Assembly: GCA_965216565.1 (NCBI GenBank)
Contig: OZ244170.1
Span: 416,001 to 480,000 of the forward strand
Origin: Bythopirellula sp.
Lineage (GTDB): Bacteria; Planctomycetota; Planctomycetia; Pirellulales; Lacipirellulaceae
Direction of reading: 5' to 3'
Length of the DNA: 64,000 nucleotides
The notes under the pieces are model-generated. The model was not told the origin of the DNA. It did no database searches and saw nothing but the letters and a program-made list of their open reading frames with translations. Made by a program: the position numbers and the translations under genes. Within the stretch, counting starts at the first letter, position 1, and every line of letters begins with the position of its first letter. This document shows, in pieces, positions 6,846 through 16,719 of this stretch.

Positions 6846-9071
6846 TTATTTACTAAGCTGAAAAGCACCTGGCACTTCTTTTCCAGCTCGCTCAGCATCC
6901 GAGACGTGATGAAAGGTTAGATAAGCCTTCTTATCTTTTCGATTGATTTTGAGCAACGTTCCATACTCACGATATTGGTCAAAGATAGTTCCGAGAGTAG
7001 GATTCGAGTTGCCAAGTGGCACACCTACGCAATGGGGCCTTGGTAGTTTCTGGTGATAACCGAGCACGTGCGGTTTGATATTTTTATTTGAGCCCATAGT
7101 CATACCGTAGGTGACGATGGCTGCTTTTTCTGCGTCACGGGAACGTTGGAAAGTAACGTATGAAGAGGCGAGATCTGGTGAGTCTCTATCCTTTACTAAG
7201 TTTATCTCATCAATCACGCCGAATCGGCCAAGCTCATCTCGTAGTAGATCTTCAGTGACATCGGGAGGAAGTTTATGAATACAAATGCAACTGCGAGTGG
7301 AATGAATAACAGAGAGACGATGTTGGGCACGTGAGGCAGCAAGATACCAATAGGTTTTGGGACTTCCTTTGAGTCTCGAAGGATGTTGGTAGTCAATAAC
7401 GATGATGCAATCAGCTTCTAAACCTTTGACCTGCCCGCCAACTAAATACCGCACTTGGGTATTGTTGCGGGGACGAGAAGCTTCTACTAGTTGTGGATTC
7501 TTGAGTGTGCTAAGCGATGTATCTTTAAGGGGTCTTCGTCCGACTACTAGTATTTGCGATGAGAGAAATCCTTGCTCTTGATAATGTTTTAGGTGTGCAG
7601 CTAATGCATGTCGTTGGTCGCACGGGTCAACTTCGTCTTCAAGAGGGGGCTCACCAGCAGGGGCGTCATCGTTGGGTCGCGACTCAACATTGACGGCCTC
7701 ATAAATGTAGCGAGCAATGGCCTTTGTATTGCGGTAGTTCTTATCCCATTTCATTCGAAACATGTCGGGAGGTAAACTAAGTCTATCTCGATAAGATTGT
7801 TTGCCCTGAAAAAAGAACTGGCGAAAGTTCTGGTCAGGGTCGTAAAATATACACAGACGACCATTTTTACCGTGTTTTAGTAGCAATGGGTCTTCAATTA
7901 GTGTCCACCAATCGTTCTCAAAATCCTGCCCTTCGTCGATTATGATCTGATCGTATGTTGTGTAAGGAGTGCCTTCTCGCTGCAATGAGTCGAGACATTC
8001 GTAACAGAGCATAAGCGCCTGAGTGGAGTAAAACTCTCTAAGTTCACCTGGGTCATCAGGTTCAATCCATTCGCTTGCTCTTCCAGCGGCGGTGATGACT
8101 GCTTTACAGAAAGTATGGAATGAAAATACGTCAACATACTTACAGCCAGAAAGTTGTGAGGCAATCCACTCTGCAAGATTCTGGTTGAAGGTAAGGAATA
8201 GAACTCGCTCAGCTTTTTTATTTAGCTCATGTGCATAAGAGAGGGCAGCGACTGTTTTACCTGACCCCGCAACTCCCTGTATCAATCGACGAGGTTCATC
8301 AATGGCGTATAGAAAGTCCTCCACCCTTTGTTTGAGTGAGCCGAATCGTTCTTTTTCAACTGATACGGGGTCGGGAGCAGTCTCTAAGGTCCAATCACCT
8401 AGTAGAGCGGTCTTAACGAGATTGAATTCATCTCGGGTAAGCGGTTGTGGCATCGGTTTGTTGAAGTAGCGATAAGCACCACGTATCCAGCCCTCAAAGC
8501 TTTCTTGGCTATTTGCATCTTCGTGCAGCATCGTTATGGCAAGGTCACCTGCTGAGCCCACTGATTGGTACTTTATGGCAATCTCTGATTGAACGGCGGG
8601 GTCGGTGAATGACTTTTGGCTCTCTAAGGCAAATTCCCGAGACCGAGTTTGCCTCACATTGGGCAGTGCAATAGCGAAACCGTGTGGGACACCGCGTGTT
8701 CTAAACCACGCCCGTCCCTTACCAAGTGTTGCCATGTATTGGTTGATCTTGGTAATAAACCCAAACTTCGTTGTGGCTGCTTGTTTGAATGGGTCTTTTT
8801 CTAAGGGATGCTCATTCTGATACCAACTACCATCTTTACACCTTACAAAGCCTGTTTTTGCCTCAACTAAAAGAAGTCCCAATTGCCGGTGCAGGAGTAA
8901 GAAGTCTGCTTCTCCGTCTCGTAGGCGGTCACTATGGTCTGGAAACAAGACCTGCTGGCTATGGAGCACAAGAAACTCATCGCTAAGAGCGTTCTCAAAT
9001 ACAGGAAATAGGAGCCTCTCAGCATGGCTGCCTGAGGAGTGTATGTACTCCTTTGGAATCATACGAGCCAT
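6846..9071 (-). CDS. NERD nuclease - SF1 (UvrD-like) helicase - tandem RRM-like fusion protein
   Basis: GEADFLLL..LVEAKTG (NERD), GVAGSGKT, IIIDEGQDF, KNYRNT, VKGLEAD, YLAASRA; C-terminal IHKLPPDVTEDLLRDELGRFGVIDEINL..YVTF and YGTLLKI..AYLTF (RRM-like). Confidence 0.85.
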   Translation of the reverse strand: MARMIPKEYIHSSGSHAERLLFPVFENALSDEFLVLHSQQVLFPDHSDRLRDGEADFLLLHRQLGLLLVEAKTGFVRCKDGSWYQNEHPLEKDPFKQAATTKFGFITKINQYMATLGKGRAWFRTRGVPHGFAIALPNVRQTRSREFALESQKSFTDPAVQSEIAIKYQSVGSAGDLAITMLHEDANSQESFEGWIRGAYRYFNKPMPQPLTRDEFNLVKTALLGDWTLETAPDPVSVEKERFGSLKQRVEDFLYAIDEPRRLIQGVAGSGKTVAALSYAHELNKKAERVLFLTFNQNLAEWIASQLSGCKYVDVFSFHTFCKAVITAAGRASEWIEPDDPGELREFYSTQALMLCYECLDSLQREGTPYTTYDQIIIDEGQDFENDWWTLIEDPLLLKHGKNGRLCIFYDPDQNFRQFFFQGKQSYRDRLSLPPDMFRMKWDKNYRNTKAIARYIYEAVNVESRPNDDAPAGEPPLEDEVDPCDQRHALAAHLKHYQEQGFLSSQILVVGRRPLKDTSLSTLKNPQLVEASRPRNNTQVRYLVGGQVKGLEADCIIVIDYQHPSRLKGSPKTYWYLAASRAQHRLSVIHSTRSCICIHKLPPDVTEDLLRDELGRFGVIDEINLVKDRDSPDLASSYVTFQRSRDAEKAAIVTYGMTMGSNKNIKPHVLGYHQKLPRPHCVGVPLGNSNPTLGTIFDQYREYGTLLKINRKDKKAYLTFHHVSDAERAGKEVPGAFQLSK

Positions 9072-9639
9072 CGGATTTCACCGCGACTAGAGGAAGATTT
9101 GATGGGATATGTGAGAGTAGGGACCGGGATGTTAGCCTAGTCCAATTTAAGCTAAGCCGTTTTAGATAACCAGTAATGTCTGGTTTGAAATCATATGGAA
9201 TTGGGCGATTTACGGAGTCAATGTAGGCAGTGAATTAGCTTCGTTTTGTTAGGGGGCTCAGCCATTTGATATACTGGTCCTTTCTCAGTTCGTCTGTAAT
9301 CAACCATGTTGTATCGCAACATACTGCCTAGTAAATGGTACCAAGTGATTTCCTGCTGCAATTAGTTTAGTTCCTTCCCGAACGGCTCAAAAATCACCGA
9401 CATTATCCACTTTGGTGTGATCTGTATTTACTTAGGAGTGTGCGAAGGAATAGTTGTAATATTGCTCGAAAGCGAGAGAATAGGGGATGCGAGCCGTGGC
9501 TGCTGTGGATGATTATTCCACCTGACGAAATACTTGATTGAGGCAAAGCATGATGGGCGACGAATACGACGTATTGGTCTTATTGGAACACGCGAAACGT
9601 GATGCACTGTTTGGGGTATAGCCTTCGGGGTTCGCACCA

Positions 9640-10458
9640 ATGGAAATAATCGACAACTATAAATACGAGTGTGGAGCAATTGGCGAGAAGGAGTCTGGTA
9701 CGGTTGTCATTAGTGATGTGAATCTGGACTCTCGGGGTCTTCGAGCCGTAGAACACCAACGGTCTGATCAGACATTCTTCTGGGATGTGCCAATAGAACG
9801 AAAAGATATAGTAAGCTCGTTTGACGGCTTACATCCCGACGCATATGGGTTTCGAGACTCGGGAGACGGCGAATACTCTGAGAACGTGCGGGCACTTTAC
9901 GAAGAGTGGGAGCTTGAAGACAGAGTGGAATACACATGGCTGCAAGCAGCGATTAGGTATGAAGTTTTCTCGCACCTTTTGGAAGTTCGGGCACCATGTG
10001 TTGCAAGAACACTTGGTATGATCGCGGAACGACAACGGCATCAGGCTCTTGATATTACTGAAGCCGATTTCTCTGGTGATACGGTACCGCTAGCCGTCGA
10101 TAGAGTGAGAATAGATAAGGCTTTGGCACATCTGCTAAGAATATTTGGTCAAGAGGGTTGTGAAAGGGACCTAATGCGGGTCTCAGATAAGCAATATCGA
10201 CAAGCTATGGCCCAATCAATTGAAGAAGTCGCAGACTCGCTTAGTCCAGAGGCTGCACAAGAGTATGTGGATGCTCTAGCATCCCTGACCGAGGGAATCT
10301 TTCATGGAGAGAAAGAGCCTGATAACTATACTCCAGAATTGCTCTTCCCTCTGATGGAATGTTTGAAAGATCAAGATAAAGTTGTCGATATGACAGAAAT
10401 CGTAAAACACTTGAGCTTAGATTCTTTCACACTGGAATCTCGCAAGAAACGCGATTAA
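9640..10458 (+). CDS. Hypothetical protein (acidic)
   Basis: 272 aa ORF, first of four co-oriented, closely spaced genes. Confidence 0.65.
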   Translation: MEIIDNYKYECGAIGEKESGTVVISDVNLDSRGLRAVEHQRSDQTFFWDVPIERKDIVSSFDGLHPDAYGFRDSGDGEYSENVRALYEEWELEDRVEYTWLQAAIRYEVFSHLLEVRAPCVARTLGMIAERQRHQALDITEADFSGDTVPLAVDRVRIDKALAHLLRIFGQEGCERDLMRVSDKQYRQAMAQSIEEVADSLSPEAAQEYVDALASLTEGIFHGEKEPDNYTPELLFPLMECLKDQDKVVDMTEIVKHLSLDSFTLESRKKRD

Positions 10459-10472
10459 AGAAAGTAGAATCA

Positions 10473-11192
10473 ATGGTGAATTACCACGAACTGCTGGGAC
10501 TAAATAAAAACGCTTCACTAGAAGAGGTGAAAGCGAACTATCGGAAGTTGTGCCTTGAGAATCATCCAGATCGTGAGGCAGGGAATGAAGAGCGGTTCAG
10601 AGAAGTACAAGCAGCTTTTGAAGTTCTCATAGAAGAAGTGAGTGGAAATGTTGCTGAGGAACCTGAGGAAGAAGAACCGAAGCCTGTGCCACTTGAGGAC
10701 AACGACAAACTCGTGTGGCCGAGAAGGCCTAAACACGGCCCTTTCAAAAAGATTCGCTTTGAATCATTTTTTGACTGGAATACCTGGTACGGAGACGAAA
10801 AGGCCTATGGTCCTAGTATGAAGCTTCCCTCGAACTGCTCAATTGGCTCTCTGTGGTTAATTGAAGATGGAAACGTGTGCGAGCAGTGGGATAGGTTCTA
10901 CAACTTTAGTGCAATGAAATCTTTTACCCCCCTGGGTGAACAGACGCCAATTGTAGATGGGGAATGGTCAGTCTTTGAGTCGAGCCATAATGGAACTTTC
11001 TTTATTGGAACAGGTAGTGGTGAAACTCCTAGAGTGCGAGTGCTGGCGAGGGGACATAAAGATGAGAATTCAGCATGGGTGGTGAATCAGTCTTATCTAT
11101 ATCGCTACATGAACAGTGCATGGTGGGAGCAGAGAGTGCAATTGGATGAAGCTGAGCGTACGTTTTACAAGGAACTAGGAATGGATATGTGA
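10473..11192 (+). CDS. J-domain (DnaJ class III) protein
   Basis: NYHELLGL..A..EEVKANYRKL...HPDR...F.EVQAAFEVL; unknown Trp-rich C-domain. Confidence 0.85.
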   Translation: MVNYHELLGLNKNASLEEVKANYRKLCLENHPDREAGNEERFREVQAAFEVLIEEVSGNVAEEPEEEEPKPVPLEDNDKLVWPRRPKHGPFKKIRFESFFDWNTWYGDEKAYGPSMKLPSNCSIGSLWLIEDGNVCEQWDRFYNFSAMKSFTPLGEQTPIVDGEWSVFESSHNGTFFIGTGSGETPRVRVLARGHKDENSAWVVNQSYLYRYMNSAWWEQRVQLDEAERTFYKELGMDM

Positions 11193-11217
11193 GAGTCGTG
11201 GTAGATGGGAAAATCTG

Positions 11218-11643
11218 ATGGAAGATCTTAGATGCGGGCCAATTCTGTTTGTGAGAGAGGATGGGGAGATTAAGTTCTTCTTAGTCCGAGATGAGCATGT
11301 TGGTCTATTACTTCCATGCACCCTCCAAGAAAAGAACGAGACTGAGGTAGAGACTGCCCGTCGTCTACTATTAGAGCTAACTGGCAAAGAGGCACTTAAG
11401 AGTTACGAGACTCAGCCAATTAGAAACGAATACGTTTCAAATATTGGAGGAGAAAAGTTGCTTAGGAAAATGGAATTCTACGTCTATGAATTTAGTGATG
11501 TAGAGCTTTATCTACAACGTGATTGTCTTGTCGAATATAGTTGGATAAGTCATCAGAGTGTTCGGGATTCGTTAGGAGAGAGCCGGGTAGTTGAGATTCT
11601 TGACGATGCTTTGCGTGTTCTTGGGCAGGAGCCATCGGTCTAG
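11218..11643 (+). CDS. NUDIX-fold protein with degenerate Nudix box
   Basis: LPCTLQEKNETEVETARRLLLELTG vs consensus GX5EX7REUXEEXG. Confidence 0.65.
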   Translation: MEDLRCGPILFVREDGEIKFFLVRDEHVGLLLPCTLQEKNETEVETARRLLLELTGKEALKSYETQPIRNEYVSNIGGEKLLRKMEFYVYEFSDVELYLQRDCLVEYSWISHQSVRDSLGESRVVEILDDALRVLGQEPSV

Positions 11644-11675
11644 TAAAACTCTTTAATTGAACAGAGTGAGAGTAG

Positions 11676-12074
11676 GTGAGGAATCTGATGGACTCTGACA
11701 AACAAAATTTAGAGAGCTACAAAGAGCTTCTAGGTTTACTCGAAAAACTTACTGAGATCCGAGCGAGTATGGATGCTGAAAAAGCATCTTGCTTGCCTGA
11801 TGAGTATCGGAGAAGAGGAGTATCAGACGACAGATTCTGTGAATGGCACGAAGAACATCTCGAGTACGGCAAAAAAACAGACACTGAACTTGAGAGTTCC
11901 TATCTTTTCTTTGAGCTTCGCGATGCAGCACAGCCTCTCCTTAAGGCCATAAGAGAACACCCGGCATGGGTGAATTTTTATGAAATGAAAGGGATGTTTG
12001 ATGAGTTCCAGCAGTTAAGTACTCCAAAGAAAAGTGCTGATGTTGTGGAGCCGGACAATGAGTGTCCGTTTTAG
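11676..12074 (+). CDS. Hypothetical protein
   Basis: 132 aa helical ORF, last gene of the + strand cluster. Confidence 0.55.
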   Translation: MRNLMDSDKQNLESYKELLGLLEKLTEIRASMDAEKASCLPDEYRRRGVSDDRFCEWHEEHLEYGKKTDTELESSYLFFELRDAAQPLLKAIREHPAWVNFYEMKGMFDEFQQLSTPKKSADVVEPDNECPF

Positions 12075-12414
12075 CAGACGTATAGGGACTGCTTGAAACG
12101 GGCTCAATCATACCGTAGAACGAACATTGGGAGAGCCCTTAGCTGTGTTCGTTTTTTCTTTTCGTCTCTCAGGGTGCCATAGGGGATTGCTCGGCTAATA
12201 ACTCAGACTTCGTGACTATCTCACAATGTTCTGTTGCTGAGACACATTGCCTAAAGAGTTTCCACTGATGGCGGATAGTCGCGTTCCGTTAGGGGCTCTC
12301 TCGTTAATTTATTGTAGCTCCATTCCGAATCGTGTTACCTTAAATGGATGCAAGAGAAACTTACGGTTTTTCTCTTTTGATAGCCACACCTATTCGTCAA
12401 GTACTTATAGGCTA

Positions 12415-13089
12415 CTACTTAGTAGCTGTGCCAAAAAGAACAGCCGATGCCACGCCACTCCCTCGACGACGAAGAAGTATACGCTTTCTGATGAGCCATG
12501 ACTCTTGCTCTATAGCCTCCATGCAAACAGGGTTAAATGCGATCAATTGAATTTCTCTGGGATTGGCTTCAATCGAATCTCTAATGTTATTTAACACACC
12601 ATGCAACGTTGGTCCTCCGAAAGGATTAAAGAAGAAAAAGATTGTTCCCTCCCGTATTTCAAAAGTCGCTGCATCACCATGATGTATTTCAATCTCAGTC
12701 CGTCGCACCCTAAGTCGCCGAGAGTTCTCCTTGGCCTTTTGTGCCCATAATGAATTGTATTCCACACCGTATACTTTTGACAGCTTGTATCTTGCGGCGA
12801 AACAAACAACACGACCAGTGCCACAACCAAAGTCGATCACTACATCGTTATTGCGGAGTAGAAGTCTGGAAAAGAGCTTGAAGAGGATCCAATAAGGAGT
12901 AGCAAGACATTCGAAGCTGTCTGGATGCGATCCCGGCTCTGAATCAATGTCTCTAGTAGATATAGCGTAAAAAGAATCAAGAACAAAGTCGTGTAGACCC
13001 ACGACTAACCTCGCAACGCTACTTATCACCATTTTTCTCCTAAGAACTCTACTTTGCGTTTTTATACATGACTGCCGACACTTCGCCAT
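12415..13089 (-). CDS. Class I SAM-dependent methyltransferase (DOT1-like); start may be ~13031
   Basis: ATPYW, IDFGCGTGRV, GVEYN, GDA, FFFFNPF. Confidence 0.85.
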   Translation of the reverse strand: MAKCRQSCIKTQSRVLRRKMVISSVARLVVGLHDFVLDSFYAISTRDIDSEPGSHPDSFECLATPYWILFKLFSRLLLRNNDVVIDFGCGTGRVVCFAARYKLSKVYGVEYNSLWAQKAKENSRRLRVRRTEIEIHHGDAATFEIREGTIFFFFNPFGGPTLHGVLNNIRDSIEANPREIQLIAFNPVCMEAIEQESWLIRKRILLRRRGSGVASAVLFGTATK

Positions 13090-13666
13090 TTCTTCGTTTT
13101 AAGAGCACTTGTTTTTTATCTAACCAATCTTGCTCCTCAAACTGCGAGAAACAGGCAGGGTTTAGCGCGACAATACGAATAGATCGGGGCCTCTCGTGAA
13201 TCGACAGCCTTATATTCTCTATTACTCTCTTTAGGGTTCCGCCGCCAAAGGGATTAAAAAAGTAAAAAATCGTGCCGTCGATGCAGTCGAATTCGACGGC
13301 ATCCTGCTCAGCAACGACAACTTCTGAACGCCGCTTCTTGAGACGAGTCGCGTTACTTCGTGCTTGAGCTGCCCATCTTGGGTTAAGCTCTACGCCATAA
13401 ACTCTACTAAAGTGCATTCGAGCCGCGAGGCAAATCACTCTCCCTGTCCCCGCCCCAAAATCAACAAAAACATCATTCGGACCCATCACTATTCTGCTTA
13501 GAATTCGTTGGGCTACCCAGTAAGGAGTCGGAAGACATTCAAAGTGTTCCGCAGATTTCGTATTACTACTTTGTAACTCCTCTTCTAGGGTATACACACC
13601 TAGTCGATAATCCATATAGCGATTGTGGTAGCTAACAACCTTTGGATATAGTAAATTTGCTGCCAT
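13049..13666 (-). CDS. Class I SAM-dependent methyltransferase (DOT1-like), paralog of the previous gene
   Basis: PTPYW, VDFGAGTGRV, GVELN, QDA, FYFFNPF. Confidence 0.85.
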   Translation of the reverse strand: MAANLLYPKVVSYHNRYMDYRLGVYTLEEELQSSNTKSAEHFECLPTPYWVAQRILSRIVMGPNDVFVDFGAGTGRVICLAARMHFSRVYGVELNPRWAAQARSNATRLKKRRSEVVVAEQDAVEFDCIDGTIFYFFNPFGGGTLKRVIENIRLSIHERPRSIRIVALNPACFSQFEEQDWLDKKQVLLKRRNGEVSAVMYKNAK

Positions 13667-14064
13667 TAAAAACCTCTCTCCTGTAAGCCTCGAATCATAA
13701 TAGCTCCTTTGTGGTCAGCCGTTTTGCTCCATAAATTCGATCTCCTCTTGGGTAATGTCTGGTAAGCGCCGAATGAAATTTACAAGCTTCCAAGCCGTTA
13801 GCTGCGTGGCACACAGCACAATGAGGGGTACTGCCAACATGTTGCACAGCATTACATGGGATGGAGAAGGTGAGCAAACCATGGCTAAAGACCCATCATG
13901 TTTTACTTCCAAAAGGGATAGTTTTACTTCCTGAGAATTCTGAAACTCGTGAAGTATCCCTTTGATTTTACTCGTTTTTCTTCACGAGAATTATTGACAG
14001 CCAGGGCTTTGTATAGCTTAGTAGTCTCACGACTGACGCTTTGGTGTACTAATCCAACTGATAG

Positions 14065-15078
14065 TTAATTCGCTAGTTCGCCACCATCGCGAGTCGACAT
14101 AGCACGCCAGACCGCGAGGTCAATTTCGTCCGGGATAGACTGTACAGAACCATCAAGAAGGCCTACTTGTACCTGCCCCGGGTGGAAGCTTCGTGACGTA
14201 ATCATCGCGAAGGTTGGATCACCAGCACTGCCATTCTTGCCCTCTTGCCATGAGTTGTAATCCGCATCCACTTCTTCTCCGTCCATCATGTGCGGCACGA
14301 AAGTATTAGGTGTCATCGTTGCTGTGAACCCCGTGTGATGGACTCGACCATCTGGCCATTCGGTGTGACCAGTACCTTTCTCTTGAGCACCAGACTCAAC
14401 CGCAGCGACCGCTTCAGCGATGGTGTTGGGAATATCAGTTGTCGCAGGGCCACCATTACGTGTATAGGGAGTCCAGGCTTTGACTTCTGCACAAAGTAGT
14501 GTGTTGCTAGTTCCATCGGTGACGCGAGCGAGTGGCAAGTTGCTGTTTGGATAAAAGGTTCCATTCCCCCCTTCTTGAGTCGTAGGATCAAAGACGAACC
14601 AAGTACCAAGATTGAACCCATAGTTCGTAGGCCACAGTGTCGGACGGTTATCCGAAAAAGTACGGGACTCTTCGCTCTTGAAATCACTTGGACACTGAAA
14701 CACTGGGATGCGTACATCGCTAATTGCTTGTTGATCATCCCAGGCGGCTTCGATGTTCACTAAATCTCTCAAGTTGTCTTGTTCCAAATAATTGAGGATG
14801 CGACCGTGAACTCCCCAAGAACCATTGTTGCCGGTACTGGTAACACTTAGATTAACCAAAGCACTAGGAGGTAAATGTCTTCTCGCACTTTCATAGTTAA
14901 GAATTCCAATTCCCAGTTGACGTAGATTGTTCTTGCATTGACTTCGTCTAGCGGCCTCCCTAGCAGCTTGGACGGCAGGTAGCAGCAAAGCTACCAAGAC
15001 ACCAATAATCGCAATTACGACCAACAGTTCCACGAGTGTAAAACCAAGGCTATAACGCGTCTTGCTGTTGTACTTCAT
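14065..15078 (-). CDS. DUF1559 (SBP_bac_10) prepilin-type N-methylation domain protein
   Basis: [46 protein letters not shown]...DGSV C-terminal motif. Confidence 0.95.
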   Translation of the reverse strand: MKYNSKTRYSLGFTLVELLVVIAIIGVLVALLLPAVQAAREAARRSQCKNNLRQLGIGILNYESARRHLPPSALVNLSVTSTGNNGSWGVHGRILNYLEQDNLRDLVNIEAAWDDQQAISDVRIPVFQCPSDFKSEESRTFSDNRPTLWPTNYGFNLGTWFVFDPTTQEGGNGTFYPNSNLPLARVTDGTSNTLLCAEVKAWTPYTRNGGPATTDIPNTIAEAVAAVESGAQEKGTGHTEWPDGRVHHTGFTATMTPNTFVPHMMDGEEVDADYNSWQEGKNGSAGDPTFAMITSRSFHPGQVQVGLLDGSVQSIPDEIDLAVWRAMSTRDGGELAN

Positions 15079-15143
15079 CTGTTCCTCTGACTGTTCTCAG
15101 GAGTTGGGGCATATTCGAGTTCCAATAGTAGATTTCTCTCCGT

Positions 15144-15159
15144 AGCAATCATCGTTCCA
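15144..15159 (-). promoter_or_regulatory. sigma54 -24/-12 promoter for the DUF1559 gene
   Basis: Minus strand TGGAACGATGATTGCT = GG-N10-GC, 65 bp upstream of ATG 15078. Confidence 0.8.
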
Positions 15160-15242
15160 TAAGGCAATTTCACGTGCTGTTCGTTTGTAGTAGCAGTATT
15201 TATAATGAGACTTTTTAATCTGTACGATATCCATAGTTAATC

Positions 15243-15283
15243 GTGACGGTTGATTCGACACCTCGTGTCGAATGAATCGACAC
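15243..15283. promoter_or_regulatory. Two tandem enhancer (UAS) palindromes for the NtrC-family regulator
   Basis: GTGACG-N7-CGACAC and GTGTCG-N7-CGACAC, ~85-125 bp upstream of the sigma54 site. Confidence 0.7.
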
Positions 15284-15309
15284 TCCCTTATTTACGGTAG
15301 AGGACAAAA

Positions 15310-16719
15310 GTGATGCGTATGCCGATTCGCTATCAATTCATGCTACCGCTCTTGGGAGTTGCTATCGCAAGTTTAGTGGCTATCGGCAGCATCAATGCCC
15401 GCTGGGCCACTCAGCAAACGAGAAGTCGCATTGAGGAGCAGCTACGTGGAGTGGTCTCGGTACTCACCAACAGCAGCTATCCACTGACCAATTCCGTCTT
15501 AAAACAAATGGGAGGATTGGCTAACGCGGAATTCGTGTTGACGGACTCAAGTGGAAGAATGCAAGAGTCTAGCAGTTCGTTGAGCGTCGAAAGACTAGAA
15601 CCAAATAGTTTGACGAGTAAAAACGCCGAAGACGTAACTTTAGGTCCGCTGCTGATTTTAGATTCCAACCCATACCTGCACTCGTCGATTTGGGTGCAAA
15701 GACGAACACGACTAACTGAGCCGAACGTGCTGCATATCTTGTTTGCTCAGGAAGAATTTGATGCAGCTTGGCGAGCAGCATTTTTTCCACCGTTTTTCGT
15801 TGGCATGGGTACTCTCTTGGCGGTTACCGTCGTGATTCATATTGTGGCAGGTAGAGTAAGTAGAATTCTGGCACGGCTAGGTAGAGAAGTGCAGCGATTG
15901 TCGCAAGGAGATTATTCTGTAATTGAGCAACCTGCCTGGAATGACGAGACCAGAGATTTGGCAACATCGATTAATCAAGCAGCCGGTCAGTTGTCAGAAT
16001 ACGAAACAGAATTACGACGCACGGAACGGCTGCAAACCGTTGCCATGTTGGGAGCGGGTTTAGCCCACGAAATGCGAAACGCAGCAACGGGATGTCGCTT
16101 AGCACTCGACTTGCACACCGAAGGTTGTCATGAACAACAGGATGACGACAGCCTAGAAGTTGCTAGGCGTCAGTTAGTATTGATGGAGAATCGTTTGCAA
16201 CAACTGTTGCAAATCGGACATCAGTCAGTAGGGATGACTGAAAGTTCCATTGATCTTTCGGCTCTTGTGTCCGAGTCCATCAGTCTTATTCAGCCCGCAG
16301 CACGTCATGCTGGAATCCAACTTAATTGGGACGCACCCAATGAAGACGTAACCGTTAAAGCAGATGCAGAACTGTTGAGTCAAGCAATTATGAACCTCTT
16401 GCTCAACGCTCTCGATGCTGCCGCTAAAAACCAGACTAAGTGCGAACAAGCAGGCTTAGTTCAGGTTGAAGTGAACCGCTTAGCAGGGCAGTCGGAATTG
16501 ATCGTCTCTGATTCTGGAAACGGCCCTGCTAATAATAGCCCAGGTGATGTCTTCGAGCCTTTCGTAACCAGTAAACCGGAAGGTGTTGGCCTTGGACTAG
16601 CAGTTGCCAAACGAGTAGTCGAAACTTGTGGCGGTCAAATTGGCTGGACTCGCGTCGCTGGCCTGACAAAATTTCGCATACGGTTGCCGTTGGCAACAGC
16701 AGGAGTAAGCAATGTCTAA
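15310..16719 (+). CDS. Membrane sensor histidine kinase (HAMP-HisKA-HATPase)
   Basis: Two TM segments; AHEMRN H-box; NLLLNA, DSGNG, FEPF, GVGLGL boxes. Confidence 0.95.
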   Translation: MMRMPIRYQFMLPLLGVAIASLVAIGSINARWATQQTRSRIEEQLRGVVSVLTNSSYPLTNSVLKQMGGLANAEFVLTDSSGRMQESSSSLSVERLEPNSLTSKNAEDVTLGPLLILDSNPYLHSSIWVQRRTRLTEPNVLHILFAQEEFDAAWRAAFFPPFFVGMGTLLAVTVVIHIVAGRVSRILARLGREVQRLSQGDYSVIEQPAWNDETRDLATSINQAAGQLSEYETELRRTERLQTVAMLGAGLAHEMRNAATGCRLALDLHTEGCHEQQDDDSLEVARRQLVLMENRLQQLLQIGHQSVGMTESSIDLSALVSESISLIQPAARHAGIQLNWDAPNEDVTVKADAELLSQAIMNLLLNALDAAAKNQTKCEQAGLVQVEVNRLAGQSELIVSDSGNGPANNSPGDVFEPFVTSKPEGVGLGLAVAKRVVETCGGQIGWTRVAGLTKFRIRLPLATAGVSNV

